NCBI GenBank assembly: GCA_002331145.1
Contig: DCYT01000001.1
Coordinates: 287,697 to 351,696 of the forward strand
DNA: 64,000 nt
Direction: 5' to 3'
Source: Candidatus Minusculum obligatum
Lineage (GTDB): Bacteria > Patescibacteriota > Minisyncoccia > Phycocordibacterales > Phycocordibacteraceae
The translations under genes were made by a program, and so were the position numbers. The notes under the pieces are model-generated. The model was not told where the DNA came from. It was given only the letters and a program-made list of their open reading frames with translations, and did not search any database. Positions 27,432-37,108 of this stretch are shown here, piece after piece; position 1 is the first letter of the stretch; each line of letters starts with the position of its first letter.

Positions 27432-27887
27432 ATGGACAGCATAGGAAAGCCTCGCCTTATAGACACAAGTAATATTCCAAAAATAATTACAAAGCGTGTC
27501 TTAGAAGGCACGCACTGGCTTGATAAGCATGCGTCGAAACATTGGCGTCGAAACATGTTTAATGTTTGTGAGTACGCAACCTTTCGTGCGAAAGATAGCT
27601 ATGACAGCCAATGTGTTCTTGCACTTGCATTTGAGCACGAAGAAAAGTTTGCGGGAAAGCATGGATACACATCCTTCTATAAGGTCAGAGATCATTTTAA
27701 TCTCTCTGAAAGATGTGTTGCCCTGGGCTTCGCAAAAGACCCTGGGGCAAAAGATCCAGCGAAGTATTCTGATTTGCTCAACAGAGCTTGGGAGTGGAGG
27801 ATTCGTATTTCGGGATCCCAACCTCACGTGAGGCATTTCCAGCCAACAAGAAGAGAAGATGCAACTTTGGTTGCGCTTCTAAAATAA
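27432..27887 (+). CDS. Orphan protein, paralog B of a tandem pair
   Basis: AAGGGAG SD; shares motifs with 26961-27344; hairpin at 27891-27920. Confidence 0.7.
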   Translation: MDSIGKPRLIDTSNIPKIITKRVLEGTHWLDKHASKHWRRNMFNVCEYATFRAKDSYDSQCVLALAFEHEEKFAGKHGYTSFYKVRDHFNLSERCVALGFAKDPGAKDPAKYSDLLNRAWEWRIRISGSQPHVRHFQPTRREDATLVALLK

Positions 27888-27918
27888 AGCAAAAGCGACC
27901 CTCCTGGGTCGCTTTCTT

Positions 27919-28761
27919 TTATCGTCGCTTTCCAACCTTTCGGCGAGAAACAATGAATTTGTTTGAGTACTTCTTCGGTGCTCGTGTCTTCTGCCCCTTT
28001 CCAGTAGGCTTTCCCCACTTACTTCGAGCCCTTCGGTGTCCTCGCCCTGCCTTTCCTTCTCCTCCTCCATGAGGGTGATCATGTGATCCCATGGCAGATC
28101 CTCGAACTGTAGGCCGAACTCCAAGCTTTCGAGATCGTCCAGCCTTTCCAAGACGCACAAGTCCGTGCTCTTCGTTTGAAACAGATCCAACTGTTGCCCA
28201 TGCAGTATCAACAATCTTTCGAATCTCGGTTGAAGGAAGTTTTACCTGCACATATCCTCCATCGTGAGCCTGTACCTCAGCATAGCTACCAGCTGAGCGT
28301 ACGATCTTAGCTCCACCTGCTGGCTTTAGCTCAATATTGTAAATAAATGTTCCTGTAGGGATCTTCTTCAGTGGAAGTCGATTACCAGGTGCTACCTTTG
28401 CTGTCTCTGACGTTACGATAGTGTCTCCAACTGCAACTCCCTTAGGCAGAAGAACATACCGTCGCTCTCCATCCATAAACACAACTCGAGCAATAAATCC
28501 TGATCGGTTTGGATCATACTCTACTGTCTCAACTCGAGCTGGAATATCCTTCTTGTCATATAGGAAATCTACATCTCGGAACTTTCGCTTCACTCCACCT
28601 CCCTTGTGTCGTGTTGTAATACGTCCATCTGCATTTCGTCCAGATCCTCGACGTCGCCCCTTCACAAGTGACTTCATTGGCTTGTCACCTGAAAGTAACT
28701 CCCGGTAGTTGATCCCGGTCATTCCTCGTCGTCCTGGTGATGTTGGCTTAAACTTTTTCAT
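27919..28761 (-). CDS. rplB: 50S ribosomal protein L2
   Basis: EYDPNRS, RPTVRGSAM and DHPHGGGEG motifs. Confidence 0.97.
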   Translation of the reverse strand: MKKFKPTSPGRRGMTGINYRELLSGDKPMKSLVKGRRRGSGRNADGRITTRHKGGGVKRKFRDVDFLYDKKDIPARVETVEYDPNRSGFIARVVFMDGERRYVLLPKGVAVGDTIVTSETAKVAPGNRLPLKKIPTGTFIYNIELKPAGGAKIVRSAGSYAEVQAHDGGYVQVKLPSTEIRKIVDTAWATVGSVSNEEHGLVRLGKAGRSRKLGVRPTVRGSAMGSHDHPHGGGEGKAGRGHRRARSKWGKPTGKGQKTRAPKKYSNKFIVSRRKVGKRR

Positions 28762-28763
28762 AT

Positions 28764-29138
28764 TTAAATAAGCTGTAGTTTATCTCCATCCTTAAGCGTA
28801 ACGTACGCCTTCTTGATTCCACTCTTAGATCCTGCCTTTCCTTTTGTTCGACGAGACCCCTTCTTCCCTGGAGTCTTTGTCATGTTTACCTTAGTGACAG
28901 TTACATTAAATGCTTCCTCAACTGCTTTTGCAACATCTCGCTTATTTGCTGCTGCAAATACCTGGAATACGTACACATTCTTAACTCCAGCAAGAAGGGC
29001 CTTCTCAGTTAGGTGAGGCTTTGCAAGAATGTTAGCAGGAATAACCCCTGTCTCTGTTACAGCCTTAGGCGCCTTCTCCTCCTTTACGGCAGGAGCGTCA
29101 GCTTTCTTTTCCTCTTTGTCATTTCCAAAAATTCCCAT
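28764..29138 (-). CDS. rplW: 50S ribosomal protein L23 (N-terminally extended)
   Basis: PHLTEKA and KKAYVTL motifs. Confidence 0.93.
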   Translation of the reverse strand: MGIFGNDKEEKKADAPAVKEEKAPKAVTETGVIPANILAKPHLTEKALLAGVKNVYVFQVFAAANKRDVAKAVEEAFNVTVTKVNMTKTPGKKGSRRTKGKAGSKSGIKKAYVTLKDGDKLQLI

Positions 29139-29141
29139 ACG

Positions 29142-29828
29142 CTATTTCTTACGTTCGCTAATTACCTGCACTGCCTCAGTTGGGCTCTCGATAATAAGGT
29201 AGGTATATCCTAGAACATCGACCGGGTTTAGGTTTCGAACCTCCTCAACATCAACACGCTTGATGTTCGCAAAGCTTTTCTTAACTGCTTCAGTCTTCTC
29301 AACTGATGCAATAAGTGCAGCATTCTTTGCCTTCCCAAGCTTTTCAAACTTAGGAGCAAGGGCCTGCAATACTGCCTCTGCCTGCTTTGTCTTTGGAGCA
29401 TCAATACCAAGACTCTCAACGAAGATAATCTCTCCATCTCGCATCTTCTGTGAAAGAGCTGTAAAGAGTGCCTTTACTCGCATCTTCTTAGAGATAGTCT
29501 TTGTGTAATCCTTTTCATTCTTTGGACCAAACGTAACTCCTCCTCCTCGCCAGATTGGTGATCGACTTGATCCATGACGAGCTCGTCCCGTACCTTTCTG
29601 CTTCCAAGGCTTCTTACCTCCTCCAGAAACCTCACTTCGGTCCTTTGTGTGAGCATTACCAAACCGAGCATTGCTCTGCATTCCTGTTACTACCTGGTGT
29701 ACAAGATCTCCATTCCAAGCAAGCCCAAATACTGCCTCTGGAAGATCTATTGTTCCAGCCTCTTTTCCATCTGTACTAAAAATTGGTGCAGAAAGCTTTG
29801 TATTCTTTTTTGTTGTTGTCTCTGCCAT
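29142..29828 (-). CDS. rplD: 50S ribosomal protein L4
   Basis: GGGKKPWKQKGTGRARHGS motif. Confidence 0.97.
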   Translation of the reverse strand: MAETTTKKNTKLSAPIFSTDGKEAGTIDLPEAVFGLAWNGDLVHQVVTGMQSNARFGNAHTKDRSEVSGGGKKPWKQKGTGRARHGSSRSPIWRGGGVTFGPKNEKDYTKTISKKMRVKALFTALSQKMRDGEIIFVESLGIDAPKTKQAEAVLQALAPKFEKLGKAKNAALIASVEKTEAVKKSFANIKRVDVEEVRNLNPVDVLGYTYLIIESPTEAVQVISERKK

Positions 29829-29829
29829 A

Positions 29830-30453
29830 TTATTTTGAAACTACCTCAATTAGGGTTCCCTTACGTCCTGGAATTGCTCCCTTGATCATAAGAGTATTGT
29901 TCTCCTTGTCTACCGCAACGACCTTAAGATTTTTTACGGTAACCATGTCAGAACCCATTCGTCCTGGCATTTTCTTTCCCTTTGCTACACGTCCACCATC
30001 TCCTGCTCCTCCTCCGATTGAACCAGGTGATCGCTCTGTGTGCTTTTGTCCATGACTTCGTGGTCCTCCGTGGAAACCGTGACGCTTCACAACTCCCTGG
30101 AATCCCTTTCCCTTTGAAATTCCCCGAACGATAAGGTTGTCACCAACTTCAAATGTTGAAGCGTCGATAACGTCTCCAACATTCTGCTCTGGTGCTCCCT
30201 CCACTCGGAATTCTCGAAGCTCAGAATGAGGTGCAACTCCTGCCTTCTTAAAGTGTCCAAGAGCCGCCTTATTAAGACGTGACTCCTTCTGGTCTTTAAA
30301 AGCAACCTGTACAGCATTGTACCCATCTGACTCCTCAGTTTTTACCTGAGTTACAGAAATAGGCCCCGCATGTACTACGGTAGCAGGATGTACCCGACCA
30401 TTTTCGTCGAATACTTGTGTCATCCCTTCTTTTGTTCCAAGAATAAATTTCAT
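29830..30453 (-). CDS. rplC: 50S ribosomal protein L3
   Basis: GMTQVF, SKGKGFQGVVKRH and KMPGRMG motifs. Confidence 0.97.
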   Translation of the reverse strand: MKFILGTKEGMTQVFDENGRVHPATVVHAGPISVTQVKTEESDGYNAVQVAFKDQKESRLNKAALGHFKKAGVAPHSELREFRVEGAPEQNVGDVIDASTFEVGDNLIVRGISKGKGFQGVVKRHGFHGGPRSHGQKHTERSPGSIGGGAGDGGRVAKGKKMPGRMGSDMVTVKNLKVVAVDKENNTLMIKGAIPGRKGTLIEVVSK

Positions 30454-30538
30454 TAAAAAATGCGCCTACAATGGCGCAAACCCTTTTGGGCTCTTACCAT
30501 TGGTCCCCGTCTCGGGTACGTAGCGTGTGAGCACTATA
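30454..30538 (-). promoter_or_regulatory. rplC promoter and structured 5' leader
   Basis: TATAGT at 30538-30533, four small hairpins, U-tract abutting the ATG. Confidence 0.55.
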
Positions 30539-30606
30539 CATGAATAATTCTGAGATGCAAATAGTAAGCCGCCTTCAGAATAATAATATTCTGAAGGCGG
30601 TAAATA

Positions 30607-30930
30607 TTATAGAGCTTGCCGCTCTTCATACCTCCACACAAGGAAAGTGTCGCGGAAGAGTCGAAAGACACCAAAAGCGAACATGCAAAAAATAGCAGCG
30701 AGAAAGAAAATTTCACTCCACCCACTGCCAAACATCCGCGGATCACCCAACACAAACATGATGGAAATGAAGAGCAATGCCTCAGTAAAAGGCTTTTTCA
30801 TCATGGCACCAATGGCAGCAAGGAGACCAATCATAAGACCAACCTCCACGCTGCCACTCCCAAAATGAATCATGGCCACTGCGAAGGAGCCAGCTACCAG
30901 CACCAGAAGTGCTTCTTTCAAATGTTCCAC
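30607..30930 (-). CDS. Small multi-pass membrane orphan protein
   Basis: TTGACA upstream, TGGAG SD, GTG start; terminator at 30569-30600. Confidence 0.65.
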   Translation of the reverse strand: MEHLKEALLVLVAGSFAVAMIHFGSGSVEVGLMIGLLAAIGAMMKKPFTEALLFISIMFVLGDPRMFGSGWSEIFFLAAIFCMFAFGVFRLFRDTFLVWRYEERQAL

Positions 30931-31029
30931 TGTATTTCTCCAAAAAGAACTAGGGAGGTAATGTGCCACTAGAAATTACTGATGTCAAACAAAAACACCC
31001 CCAGAAGGGGGTGTTTTTGAACCTTTTCT

Positions 31030-31377
31030 TTAGGCCATCTTTACTTCAATTGAAACTCCAGATGGAAGAGATAGGTTTGTAAGTGCATCAATGACCTTTG
31101 GATTTGGATTCATGATGTCGATAAGACGTTTGTGAATCCTCATCTCAAACTGTTCTCGCGCGTCTTTGAAGACGAAGCTAGCTCGGTTCACTGTGTAGCG
31201 CTTAATTTCTGTTGGAAGTGGAATAGGTCCTACAACCTCAGCATCAAAGCGAAGTGCGGTATCCATAATCTGCTTCACAGATAGATCAAGAACCTTGTGC
31301 TCATAGGCACGTACGCGAATGCGTAGCTTTGGCGCAGTTTGCGCCTTCTTGCTCTCTGTTTTCGTTTCCGTTGCCAT
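31030..31377 (-). CDS. rpsJ: 30S ribosomal protein S10
   Basis: GPIPLPT and [15 protein letters not shown] motifs. Confidence 0.97.
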   Translation of the reverse strand: MATETKTESKKAQTAPKLRIRVRAYEHKVLDLSVKQIMDTALRFDAEVVGPIPLPTEIKRYTVNRASFVFKDAREQFEMRIHKRLIDIMNPNPKVIDALTNLSLPSGVSIEVKMA

Positions 31378-31413
31378 ATAAGTTTACAAAGTTCTAATTT
31401 CTAATGAATCAAC

Positions 31414-32610
31414 TTAGGCAACAACCTTTGTTACCACTCCAGCTCCTACAGTCTTTCCTCCCTCTCGAACGGCAAATCGCTGTCCATCCTCGAGCGCTAC
31501 CGGTGCAGATAGCTTTACCTTAAAGGTAACAGTATCTCCAGGCATAACCATCTCTGTTCCTTCAGCTAGGGTTACGTCTCCAGTTACGTCAGTTGTACGG
31601 ATGTAGAACTGCGGCTTGTATCCTGAGAAGAATGGTGTATGACGTCCTCCCTCATCCTTTGAAAGTACGTATACCTCAGCCTCAAACTCAGTGTGAGGTG
31701 TTACTGATCCTGGGATCGCAAGCACCTGACCTCGGTGGATCTCCTCCTTCTTTGTTCCTCGAAGAAGAATTCCAGCGTTGTCTCCTGCCTGAGCGCTCTC
31801 AAGCTGCTTGTTAAACATCTCAACTCCAGTAACGGTAGTTTTTGCGGCCTTGTCGTCGATTCCAACGATTTCGATCTCATCTCCTACCTTGATCTCTCCT
31901 CGCTCTACACGTCCTGTAACTACAGTTCCTCGTCCTTCAATTGAGAACACGTCCTCAACTGGCATAAGGAAAGGCTTGTCTGTCTCTCGCTCAGGAAGTG
32001 GGAAGTACTCATCCATTGCCTTTACAAGGTCAAATACCTTCTCTCCAAACTCTCCGTTTGGCTCTTCAAGTGCCTTAAGTCCTGATCCTCGGATCACTGG
32101 AGCGTTCTCTCCATCGAACTCATACTTTGTAAGTAGCTCTCGAACCTCCTCCTCAACTAGGTCTACAAGATCAGCATCCTCTACCTGATCAACCTTGTTT
32201 AGGAAAACAATGATCTTAGGCACTCCAACCTGCTTTGCAAGAAGAATGTGCTCTCGAGTCTGTGGCATCACTCCGTCTGAAGCTGCTACCACAAGTACAG
32301 CACCATCCATCTGGGCTGCTCCCGTAATCATGTTTTTAATGTAGTCGGCGTGACCTGGCGCATCGATGTGTGCGTAGTGTCGCTCCGGTGTTGTGTACTC
32401 GTTGTGTGAAAGTGCGATTGTAATTCCTCGCTCCTTCTCCTCAGGTGCGTTGTCAATCTGATCAACGGCCTTCATGCTCGAACCATATCCATCTCCCTTA
32501 GCGTTTAGAACGGTAAGGATAGCGGCTGTAAGCGTAGTCTTTCCGTGGTCAACGTGACCAATTGTTCCTACGTTTACGTGTGGCTTTGAACGATCAAATG
32601 CTTCTGCCAT
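31414..32610 (-). CDS. tuf: Elongation factor Tu
   Basis: [24 protein letters not shown] and NKVD motifs. Confidence 0.99.
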   Translation of the reverse strand: MAEAFDRSKPHVNVGTIGHVDHGKTTLTAAILTVLNAKGDGYGSSMKAVDQIDNAPEEKERGITIALSHNEYTTPERHYAHIDAPGHADYIKNMITGAAQMDGAVLVVAASDGVMPQTREHILLAKQVGVPKIIVFLNKVDQVEDADLVDLVEEEVRELLTKYEFDGENAPVIRGSGLKALEEPNGEFGEKVFDLVKAMDEYFPLPERETDKPFLMPVEDVFSIEGRGTVVTGRVERGEIKVGDEIEIVGIDDKAAKTTVTGVEMFNKQLESAQAGDNAGILLRGTKKEEIHRGQVLAIPGSVTPHTEFEAEVYVLSKDEGGRHTPFFSGYKPQFYIRTTDVTGDVTLAEGTEMVMPGDTVTFKVKLSAPVALEDGQRFAVREGGKTVGAGVVTKVVA

Positions 32611-32813
32611 ATTAGTAAAACTATTACTTGTTAATTTGCTTTTAAAGAAGCAGTGGAGTGTGCGCGAGAACAAATCTTGCCACACCACTACCTCCAACTC
32701 ATGCAAGCGCCCCGTATAAATACGGTTAATAAAAGGCGCAGGTATGCGTTACGGGTATCCTACATCAGAGAGTGCAAAGGTCAAGCCCCGAACATCCGTT
32801 CGGGGCTTAGAGC

Positions 32814-33281
32814 TTATGCATATACTTCCCTGTGCAAGGAAAACACAGCATCAACGTTCGGCAGGCGTCTTTCCACGCTGCGATATATCTGACGAGCAGA
32901 CTCTGCTGCCGTCATAATCGTCACAATTCGTGAAAATTCCCATATCATTGCCTGAGCGCTCGGATCAGGCACCATAACTTCTTCCCACCCCTTTTTAGAA
33001 GGAGAAGAGAGGGAAACAAGAGTGCGAACCCCATTAACCTGCATCTTTGAATGATCAAGATCATTAAAGATAAGGCGCATGAGAAGTTCACAACCCTCTT
33101 CTGCAACAGCAATGCTACAAAAGAGCGGGAACTCCTGATGCCCCATAGGGACAGAGATTCGCATCTGCAAGCCTTGGTATGCTACCGGGATGCTCTTTTT
33201 GGAGAACATGGTAGCAATACTGGCCTCAATTGCAGAAACTGGATCGTCGTCGTCAGCAACATTAACTACATCACGCATCAC
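32814..33281 (-). CDS. Orphan protein, possibly YbjN/CesT-like fold
   Basis: TAAGGAGG SD; terminator at 32783-32809; paralogous to the upstream interrupted ORF. Confidence 0.6.
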   Translation of the reverse strand: MMRDVVNVADDDDPVSAIEASIATMFSKKSIPVAYQGLQMRISVPMGHQEFPLFCSIAVAEEGCELLMRLIFNDLDHSKMQVNGVRTLVSLSSPSKKGWEEVMVPDPSAQAMIWEFSRIVTIMTAAESARQIYRSVERRLPNVDAVFSLHREVYA

Positions 33282-33358
33282 GTCCTCCTTAAATAACGTT
33301 TATACTCTGTATTTCATACTACTCTTATTTTTAAAAATGCCAATGATAAAGCCTCGGA

Positions 33359-33847
33359 TTACTCCGAGGCTTTTCTTTGAGATCGTACAGCTGCTTTGCG
33401 CCTCCCTAATATATACCGTGACCATTCTTGATCAATGCGGGGCATTTTCGTTATGAACTCATGAAGCGCGTAGTCTGCACACCACCCAACATCCTTCACT
33501 TCAACACTGAAAAATATTTCCCATACAAGGTCTTGGCTCGGCAAAAGAATAAGGCGATTCCCATATCCTCCCTTATATACATGATGCCCCAAGACTCGAA
33601 TGTTTCCGTCATCAAAGTGATAGATCTTTATTTATGCAATAAATTGGAGCTCTTCATGATTTCCAACCTCTTTTACACAAAAAGATGCTTTGTATGTCCT
33701 GTGACCAACAATAAGGTCTACACGTATCTTGTCTCCACCAATTTTTCGTTGAACATTAAGATTACGGTTCCTGCACTCCACCTCAATCTTGTCTGCCATC
33801 CGAGCAAAGAAGCCGGACCGCTTGTTAAACTCAACAATCTTGCCCAT
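33359..33847 (-). pseudogene. Orphan paralog interrupted by an in-frame TAA at 33632-33634
   Basis: ORFs 33632-33847 and 33359-33592 are in the same frame with one stop between them (..ELQFIA*IKIYHFDDGNIRVLG..). Confidence 0.65.
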
Positions 33848-33917
33848 TTCTTCCTTCCTCTCTTTATGAAAAGAACACTCTATACAGAGTGTTCTTTTCA
33901 ATCTATTTAGTCAATAG

Positions 33918-36071
33918 TTACGCTGTTCCGCGTGCTTCTGCAATTTCTTTTGCAACGTTTGCAGGCACAACCTCGTAGTGGTCAAACTCCATAGACATGT
34001 TTCCACGTCCCTCAGTCATAGACCGAAGAGTTGTTGTATATCCGAACATCTCAGATAGAGGTACCTTCGCGTGAAGAAGCTTCATTCCTCCTTCAACATC
34101 GTCCATAGACTCAATGTGTCCTCGCTTTGAAGTTAGGTTTCCATTGATGTCTCCCATGAACTGCTCTGGAGTATATACCTCCACCTTCATAATAGGCTCA
34201 AGCAATACAGGCTTTGCTTGCTTTGCTCCCTCCTGGAAGGCCTGGATAGCAGCCAACTTAAAGGCAATCTCAGATGAGTCTACCTCATGGAATGATCCGT
34301 CATAAAGATCAACAGATACATTCACCAGTGGGTACCCAGCGGTAACTCCACGAGTCATAGCCTCCTTAATACCCTTCTCAACAGCAGGGATGTATTCCTG
34401 AGGAATAACTCCTCCCTTAATGTTGTTAATAAATTCAAATCCCTCTTCTCGCTTCACATTCTTTGCGACCTTTGCATCCTCTTCAAGATCCTCAAGCGGC
34501 GCAAGCTTTAGCTTCACATGTCCGTACTGTCCCTTACCTCCAGACTGCTTAATGTACTTGTGCTCAACCTCTGAAGTTCCCTGGATAGTTTCTCGGTATG
34601 CTACCTGTGGCTTACCTACATTTGCCTCCACATTGAACTCTCGCTTCATTCGATCAACAAGAATCTCAAGGTGTAGCTCTCCCATACCTGCAATAATAGT
34701 CTCAAGCGTCTCTTCATCTGAAGATACCTTAAAGGTTGGATCCTCATCTGAAAGCTTTCTTAGTGCTAGACCTAATTTCTCCTGATCGGCCTTAGTCTTA
34801 GGCTCAATACGCATCGCTACCACTGGCTCAGGGAATGTAATCTGATCAAGAATAATCTGATCATTCTCATCACAAAGAGTGTGTGATGTCTTTACGTCCT
34901 TAAGTCCTACCGCAGCTGCAATCTCTCCTGCGTATACCTCCTCTACCTCCTCTCGCTTATCAGCCATCATTCGCACGATTCGTGATAGTCGCTCCTTCTG
35001 TCCTGAAGTTGAGTTGTATACGTAACTTCCAGCCTTCACCGTTCCTGAATACACACGGAAGAATGTAAGTGATCCTACGAATGGGTCAGTCTGCAGTTTA
35101 AAGGCAAGAGCAGAAAATGGCTCATCATCTTTTGGAGCACGTGTTACTTCCTCTCCTGTCTTAGGATCAACTCCCTCAACTGGAGGCAGATCAAGTGGAG
35201 ATGGTAGGTAATCCACTACGGCATCAAGAACTAGCTGCACTCCTTTGTTCTTTAGAGCAGATCCTGTGAACACTGGGAAGATTGCGTTTGCAATCACAGC
35301 CTTTCGAAGACCCTCCTTAAGCTGCTCGATAGTGAACTCTCCTCCCTCAAGGAATGTATCAAGCATGTCCTCATTATTCTCTGCGATTCGCTCAACAAGC
35401 TCAGCTCGGAACTTCTCCGCATCAGCCTTCAAGTTCTCAGGAATCTCTTCCTCTCGAACATTCTCTCCCATAACTCCATCGAAGTAGTACGCCTTCATCT
35501 TTAGAAGATCTACCGCTCCCTCATGGTCTCCCTCCTCTCCAATAGGAATCTGCATTCGGATAGCCTTCTTTGAAAGACGGCTTAGAATAGATTCGTATGA
35601 GCGCTCAAAGCTAGCACCTGTTCGGTCCAGCTTATTGATGAAACACACACGTGGCACTTTCGCTTCCTCTGCATATCGCCAGTTAGTCTCTGACTGTGGC
35701 TCTACTCCCGCTACCCCATCAAATACCACAACAGCACCATCAAGTACTCGCATAGATCGCTTTACCTCTGCGGTAAAGTCGATGTGACCTGGAGTATCGA
35801 TAATGTTGAAGTTTGTTCGATCTGCATCGTTCTTTGGATCTCCATCTGTCTTGGTATAACCACAAGAAACAGCAGCTGAGGTAATAGTAATTCCTCGCTC
35901 TCGCTCCTGGTCCATCCAGTCAGTTACAGTCTCTCCGTCATGTACCTCTCCAATTTTGTGTGAGATTCCGGTATAGAAAAGAATACGCTCAGATGTCGTT
36001 GTCTTTCCCGCATCAATGTGGGCGATAATTCCGAAGTTTCGGACCTTATCTAGTGGGTATTGTCGTGCCAT
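33918..36071 (-). CDS. fusA: Elongation factor G
   Basis: AHIDAGKTT, DTPGHIDF and GMGELHLEI motifs. Confidence 0.99.
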   Translation of the reverse strand: MARQYPLDKVRNFGIIAHIDAGKTTTSERILFYTGISHKIGEVHDGETVTDWMDQERERGITITSAAVSCGYTKTDGDPKNDADRTNFNIIDTPGHIDFTAEVKRSMRVLDGAVVVFDGVAGVEPQSETNWRYAEEAKVPRVCFINKLDRTGASFERSYESILSRLSKKAIRMQIPIGEEGDHEGAVDLLKMKAYYFDGVMGENVREEEIPENLKADAEKFRAELVERIAENNEDMLDTFLEGGEFTIEQLKEGLRKAVIANAIFPVFTGSALKNKGVQLVLDAVVDYLPSPLDLPPVEGVDPKTGEEVTRAPKDDEPFSALAFKLQTDPFVGSLTFFRVYSGTVKAGSYVYNSTSGQKERLSRIVRMMADKREEVEEVYAGEIAAAVGLKDVKTSHTLCDENDQIILDQITFPEPVVAMRIEPKTKADQEKLGLALRKLSDEDPTFKVSSDEETLETIIAGMGELHLEILVDRMKREFNVEANVGKPQVAYRETIQGTSEVEHKYIKQSGGKGQYGHVKLKLAPLEDLEEDAKVAKNVKREEGFEFINNIKGGVIPQEYIPAVEKGIKEAMTRGVTAGYPLVNVSVDLYDGSFHEVDSSEIAFKLAAIQAFQEGAKQAKPVLLEPIMKVEVYTPEQFMGDINGNLTSKRGHIESMDDVEGGMKLLHAKVPLSEMFGYTTTLRSMTEGRGNMSMEFDHYEVVPANVAKEIAEARGTA

Positions 36072-36170
36072 ATGTAATTAAATAAAAATAAAAGCGCTCA
36101 AACGCTGTTGGGGCTAGCATACTAAAAGTGGGTAGGAATGCAAGAAAAAACACCCTCTCGGGTGCTTTCT

Positions 36171-36638
36171 CTACCAGGCAAAGTGAGCAAACGCCTTGTT
36201 GGCTTCTGCCATCTTGTGCGTATCCTCTTTCTTCTTAACTGCATCTCCTTCATTTGCAGCTGCAAGCTTTAGCTCTTCAGCTAGTGCTTTTGCCATAGGT
36301 ACACCCTTTCGCTTTCGAGCAGCACCGATAATCCATCGGTATGCAAGAGACATTCTTCGTGCATCACGTACCTCTCGAGGAACCTGATAGTTCGCTCCTC
36401 CAACTCGACGAGATCGAACCTCCATAAGAGGACCAGCGTTTTTAACTGCCTCATCAAAGATACTCATAGCATCTGCATCTTTCTCCTGAGCGATAATATT
36501 AAAAGCATCGTAGACAACAGCCTTTGCTGTCTCTTTCTTTCCATCAAGCATCACATAGTTGATGAATCGTGTAAGCTTCTCCGAATTAAACTTCGGGTCA
36601 GGTCGCCATGTTCGTGTTTTCTTTAGTGGACTTCGCAT
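36171..36638 (-). CDS. rpsG: 30S ribosomal protein S7
   Basis: SRRVGGANYQVP and HKMAEANKAFAHF motifs. Confidence 0.97.
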   Translation of the reverse strand: MRSPLKKTRTWRPDPKFNSEKLTRFINYVMLDGKKETAKAVVYDAFNIIAQEKDADAMSIFDEAVKNAGPLMEVRSRRVGGANYQVPREVRDARRMSLAYRWIIGAARKRKGVPMAKALAEELKLAAANEGDAVKKKEDTHKMAEANKAFAHFAW

Positions 36639-36639
36639 A

Positions 36640-37044
36640 TTATGACTTCTTAGCTCCGTATCGAGATCGTCCTCGCTTACGTCCTTCTACTCCAGTTGCA
36701 TCAAGCTTTCCTCGCACAACAGTGTAGTTAACTCCAATATCCTTTACTCGTCCTCCTCGTACTAGCACTACTGAGTGCTCCTGCAGAGTATGTCCCTCAC
36801 CTGGGATATATGCAGTAATTTCCTGTCCGTTTGTAAGACGTACTCGGGCGATCTTTCGAATCGCTGAGTTCGGCTTTCGAGGAGTCTTTGTTGTTACCTT
36901 AGTACAAACTCCTCGCTTGAATGGAGATGGGTATTCAGTTGGTCGGTTCTTTAGTGAATTGAATCCACGTGAAAGAGCCAGAGTTTTACTCTTTCGCGTC
37001 TTATCTTTTCGCGCTTTCTTTGTAAGCTGATTTACTGTTGGCAT
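36640..37044 (-). CDS. rpsL: 30S ribosomal protein S12
   Basis: [17 protein letters not shown] and AYIPGEGH motifs. Confidence 0.97.
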   Translation of the reverse strand: MPTVNQLTKKARKDKTRKSKTLALSRGFNSLKNRPTEYPSPFKRGVCTKVTTKTPRKPNSAIRKIARVRLTNGQEITAYIPGEGHTLQEHSVVLVRGGRVKDIGVNYTVVRGKLDATGVEGRKRGRSRYGAKKS

Positions 37045-37108
37045 AAAATAAAAGTCCCAACCGAGACTGCGCTACTCTACTATCTAATAGCGCTCTTTGC
37101 AAGTGTTT

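Noticed and set aside
30616-30972. 118-aa His-rich plus-strand ORF
   Set aside because: Antisense to the membrane ORF that has the promoter, SD and terminator; its composition mirrors hydrophobic codons.
33632-33634. In-frame stop as evidence of a reassigned genetic code
   Set aside because: TAA, TAG and TGA all end conserved genes at the expected positions here, so code 11 holds.
33428-33910. 160-aa plus-strand ORF
   Set aside because: No SD; the minus-strand frame has an SD and aligns with its neighbouring paralog.
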